This document shows positions 30,676 through 32,170 of a stretch of 32,170 nucleotides of DNA, one piece after another. Source of the stretch: Methanomassiliicoccaceae archaeon (GTDB lineage Archaea > Thermoplasmatota > Thermoplasmata > Methanomassiliicoccales > UBA472); assembly GCA_016919625.1 (NCBI GenBank), contig JACXTP010000121.1, positions 1 to 32,170 of the forward strand. The letters are read 5' to 3'. The notes under the pieces are model-generated. The model saw nothing but the letters and a program-made list of their open reading frames with translations. It made no database searches and was not told the DNA's origin. Within the stretch, counting starts at the first letter, position 1, and the number at the start of each line of letters is the position of its first letter. The translations under genes and the position numbers were made by a program.

Positions 30676-32170
30676 TCAGTTGATGACGACCGGGACGAAC
30701 TCCTGCCTCTTGGTATCGAACAGGCCTTTGTCGCAAAGCTTGAGCTCAGGGACCACCAGCAGGCTCTGGAAAGAGAGCGTCATCATTGGCGCTGAGAGAT
30801 CGCATCCCATGCGAGCGAGCATCTCGAAGACACGGGCCTCATCCTCGGCCACGGCATGACAGGGTGCGGTGCTCATCAGGCCGGCCACGTCCAGTACGAG
30901 GGACTCGTGACGGTCATTGTCGGTGACATAGTACCCCCCGCCCTGTTCCGTTACCTTGTTCACCGCCTGGGCCAGGCATACCGGGTCAGGACCGATGGCG
31001 ATGATGTTGTGGGAATCGTGGGCCACTGTGGACGCCACTGCTCCCCTCTTTACCTTGAAACCTGAGACGAATCCCAGAGCCACCGGTGCCTGGTGGTATC
31101 GGTTCACGACCGCCATGGTGATGACGTCCTTTGTTAGATCGGACTGGATCACGCCGTCTTTGACCTCCAGTTCGGCCACCTCGGCCTTGCTGTTGATGTG
31201 ATTCGGCACCACGCGGATGACCCGGACCTTAGCCCTAGGGCCCTTGTGCGGAAGCGTGAACTCATCGGGCCTGCGGTGCTGTGCTGCCATGCGATCGCCC
31301 AGATGCACCGGTTTCGGGGTGAAGAGAGCCTTTCCGCTTTTCGCAACCAGATCTCCCGCCACATAAACCTCCTGGACGTTGAAGTCCTTCAGATCGTCCA
31401 CGATAACGATGTCGGCCACCTTGCCCTTGGCCAACGAACCGCCGGGAAGGAAGTAATGCCACGAAGGCCAAGCGGTGACCGCCCTGATAGCATGGATGGG
31501 GTCCATGCCCAGTGCCACCGCTTTTCTCAAAAGGTGGTCGAGATGACCCCTCATGAGGTCTGTCGCCTGGAGGTCGTCCGATACCAGGAAGCACTCGTTC
31601 GCCTTGGCGAAGGGGAGCAGGGCGCCGAGGTTTCGGTTGGCCGACCCCTCCTGGACCATGATCCACATCCCTAGATGGAACTTCTCCTCCGCCTCGTCCG
31701 CGGTCAAGGACTCGTGGTCTGAGGATATCCCAGCATTGATGTACTTCACCAGATCGCCCCCGATCAGACCGGGGCAGTGACCATCTACAGGCTTCCAATA
31801 CTCCCTGGCCACCTTGATCTTCTCTTTTATTCCTTTATCGTCCCGAAGAACTGCTTGGAAGTCCATCACCTCTCCCAATGCCACGAACTCTTTCATGCGC
31901 AGGAGCAGGTCTATCTCCTCCTTGCCGAAGACCGCACCAGAGGTATCATGCTTGGTGGAAGGGACACAGGATGGGGCGGTGAAATAGATGCGCAACGGAA
32001 CTCCGTTGGCGTCCTCGAGCATGTAACGCACACCGGTCATGCCAAGCACGTTGGATATCTCATGAGGGTCATTGATGACCGAGGTGGTGCCATGTGGTAC
32101 GGCGGCCTCGGCGAATCTAGAGGGGCAAAGTTGTGAGGACTCGATGTGTATATGGGCTTCTACGAACCCG
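30676..32170 (-). CDS. ade: Adenine deaminase (amidohydrolase superfamily); the 5' end is outside the window
   Basis: The track ORF starts at an internal GTG (32049), and the frame stays open to the window edge. Hand translation of 32050-32169 gives GFVEAHIHIESSQLCPSRFAEAAVPHGTTSVINDPHEISN (the metal-binding HxH motif). Downstream motifs include HCPGL, SDHES and VAHDSHNIIAIG. Confidence 0.9.
   Translation of the reverse strand, partial: GFVEAHIHIESSQLCPSRFAEAAVPHGTTSVINDPHEISNVLGMTGVRYMLEDANGVPLRIYFTAPSCVPSTKHDTSGAVFGKEEIDLLLRMKEFVALGEVMDFQAVLRDDKGIKEKIKVAREYWKPVDGHCPGLIGGDLVKYINAGISSDHESLTADEAEEKFHLGMWIMVQEGSANRNLGALLPFAKANECFLVSDDLQATDLMRGHLDHLLRKAVALGMDPIHAIRAVTAWPSWHYFLPGGSLAKGKVADIVIVDDLKDFNVQEVYVAGDLVAKSGKALFTPKPVHLGDRMAAQHRRPDEFTLPHKGPRAKVRVIRVVPNHINSKAEVAELEVKDGVIQSDLTKDVITMAVVNRYHQAPVALGFVSGFKVKRGAVASTVAHDSHNIIAIGPDPVCLAQAVNKVTEQGGGYYVTDNDRHESLVLDVAGLMSTAPCHAVAEDEARVFEMLARMGCDLSAPMMTLSFQSLLVVPELKLCDKGLFDTKRQEFVPVVIN

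Noticed and set aside
1-32170. Search by eye for tRNA, rRNA, CRISPR arrays, transposases, integrases and terminal inverted repeats
   Set aside because: No T-loop or acceptor-stem pattern fits in any intergenic gap; the gttcgaaag at 1464-1472 lacks flanking stems. There are no regularly spaced direct repeats and no recombinase-like ORFs. Detection by eye is limited, so tRNAscan-SE, Infernal and a CRISPR finder should confirm this.

Overview
This is a high-GC archaeal chromosomal segment. The gene order and protein set look euryarchaeal, perhaps Thermoplasmata or Methanomassiliicoccales-like, but that taxon is only my inference. All family calls come from reading motifs by eye; no searches were possible.

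Layout:
- 1-3010: an oxidative-stress pair on the minus strand. It holds a 5'-complete, 3'-truncated KatE/HPII-like catalase that is missing from the ORF track, and an NADH-oxidase/CoA-disulfide-reductase-family flavoprotein. A ~690 bp AT-rich stretch with no convincing ORF separates them.
- 3131-4462: a RaSEA-like radical-SAM protein and a small lysine-tailed ORF.
- 4748-20448: the classical archaeal ribosomal-protein supercluster, tightly packed with many ATGA/TGATG overlaps. Order: uL3-uL4-uL23-uL2-uS19-uL22-uS3-uL29-aIF1-Rpp29-uS17-uL14-uL24-eS4-uL5-uS14-uS8-uL6-eL32-eL19-uL18-uS5-uL30-uL15-SecY-DUF106/YidC-like-Cmk-Cbf5.
- 20429-25513: the most unusual part. It holds a short beta-CASP MBL nuclease and a membrane protein on the minus strand. 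Divergent from these on the plus strand are a RadB-like protein lacking Walker A/B, an AT-rich 309 bp spacer with paired palindromes, and a 92-aa ORF that overlaps the start of a family-B DNA polymerase. That polymerase has degenerate exonuclease motifs and non-canonical motifs B and C. I propose this as a candidate DNA-damage-tolerance module.
- 25500-29306: a DUF457-like ORF with a start-codon problem, a TctA/DUF112-like membrane protein, and an ABC-2 exporter pair.
- 29299-32170: a purine-salvage cluster on the minus strand (Hpt, a second PRTase with a C-terminal extension, and a 5'-truncated adenine deaminase).

I saw no rRNA, tRNA, CRISPR array, transposase or integrase. Several long ORFs in the track are antisense shadows of real genes, and several track ORFs begin upstream of the likely true start.
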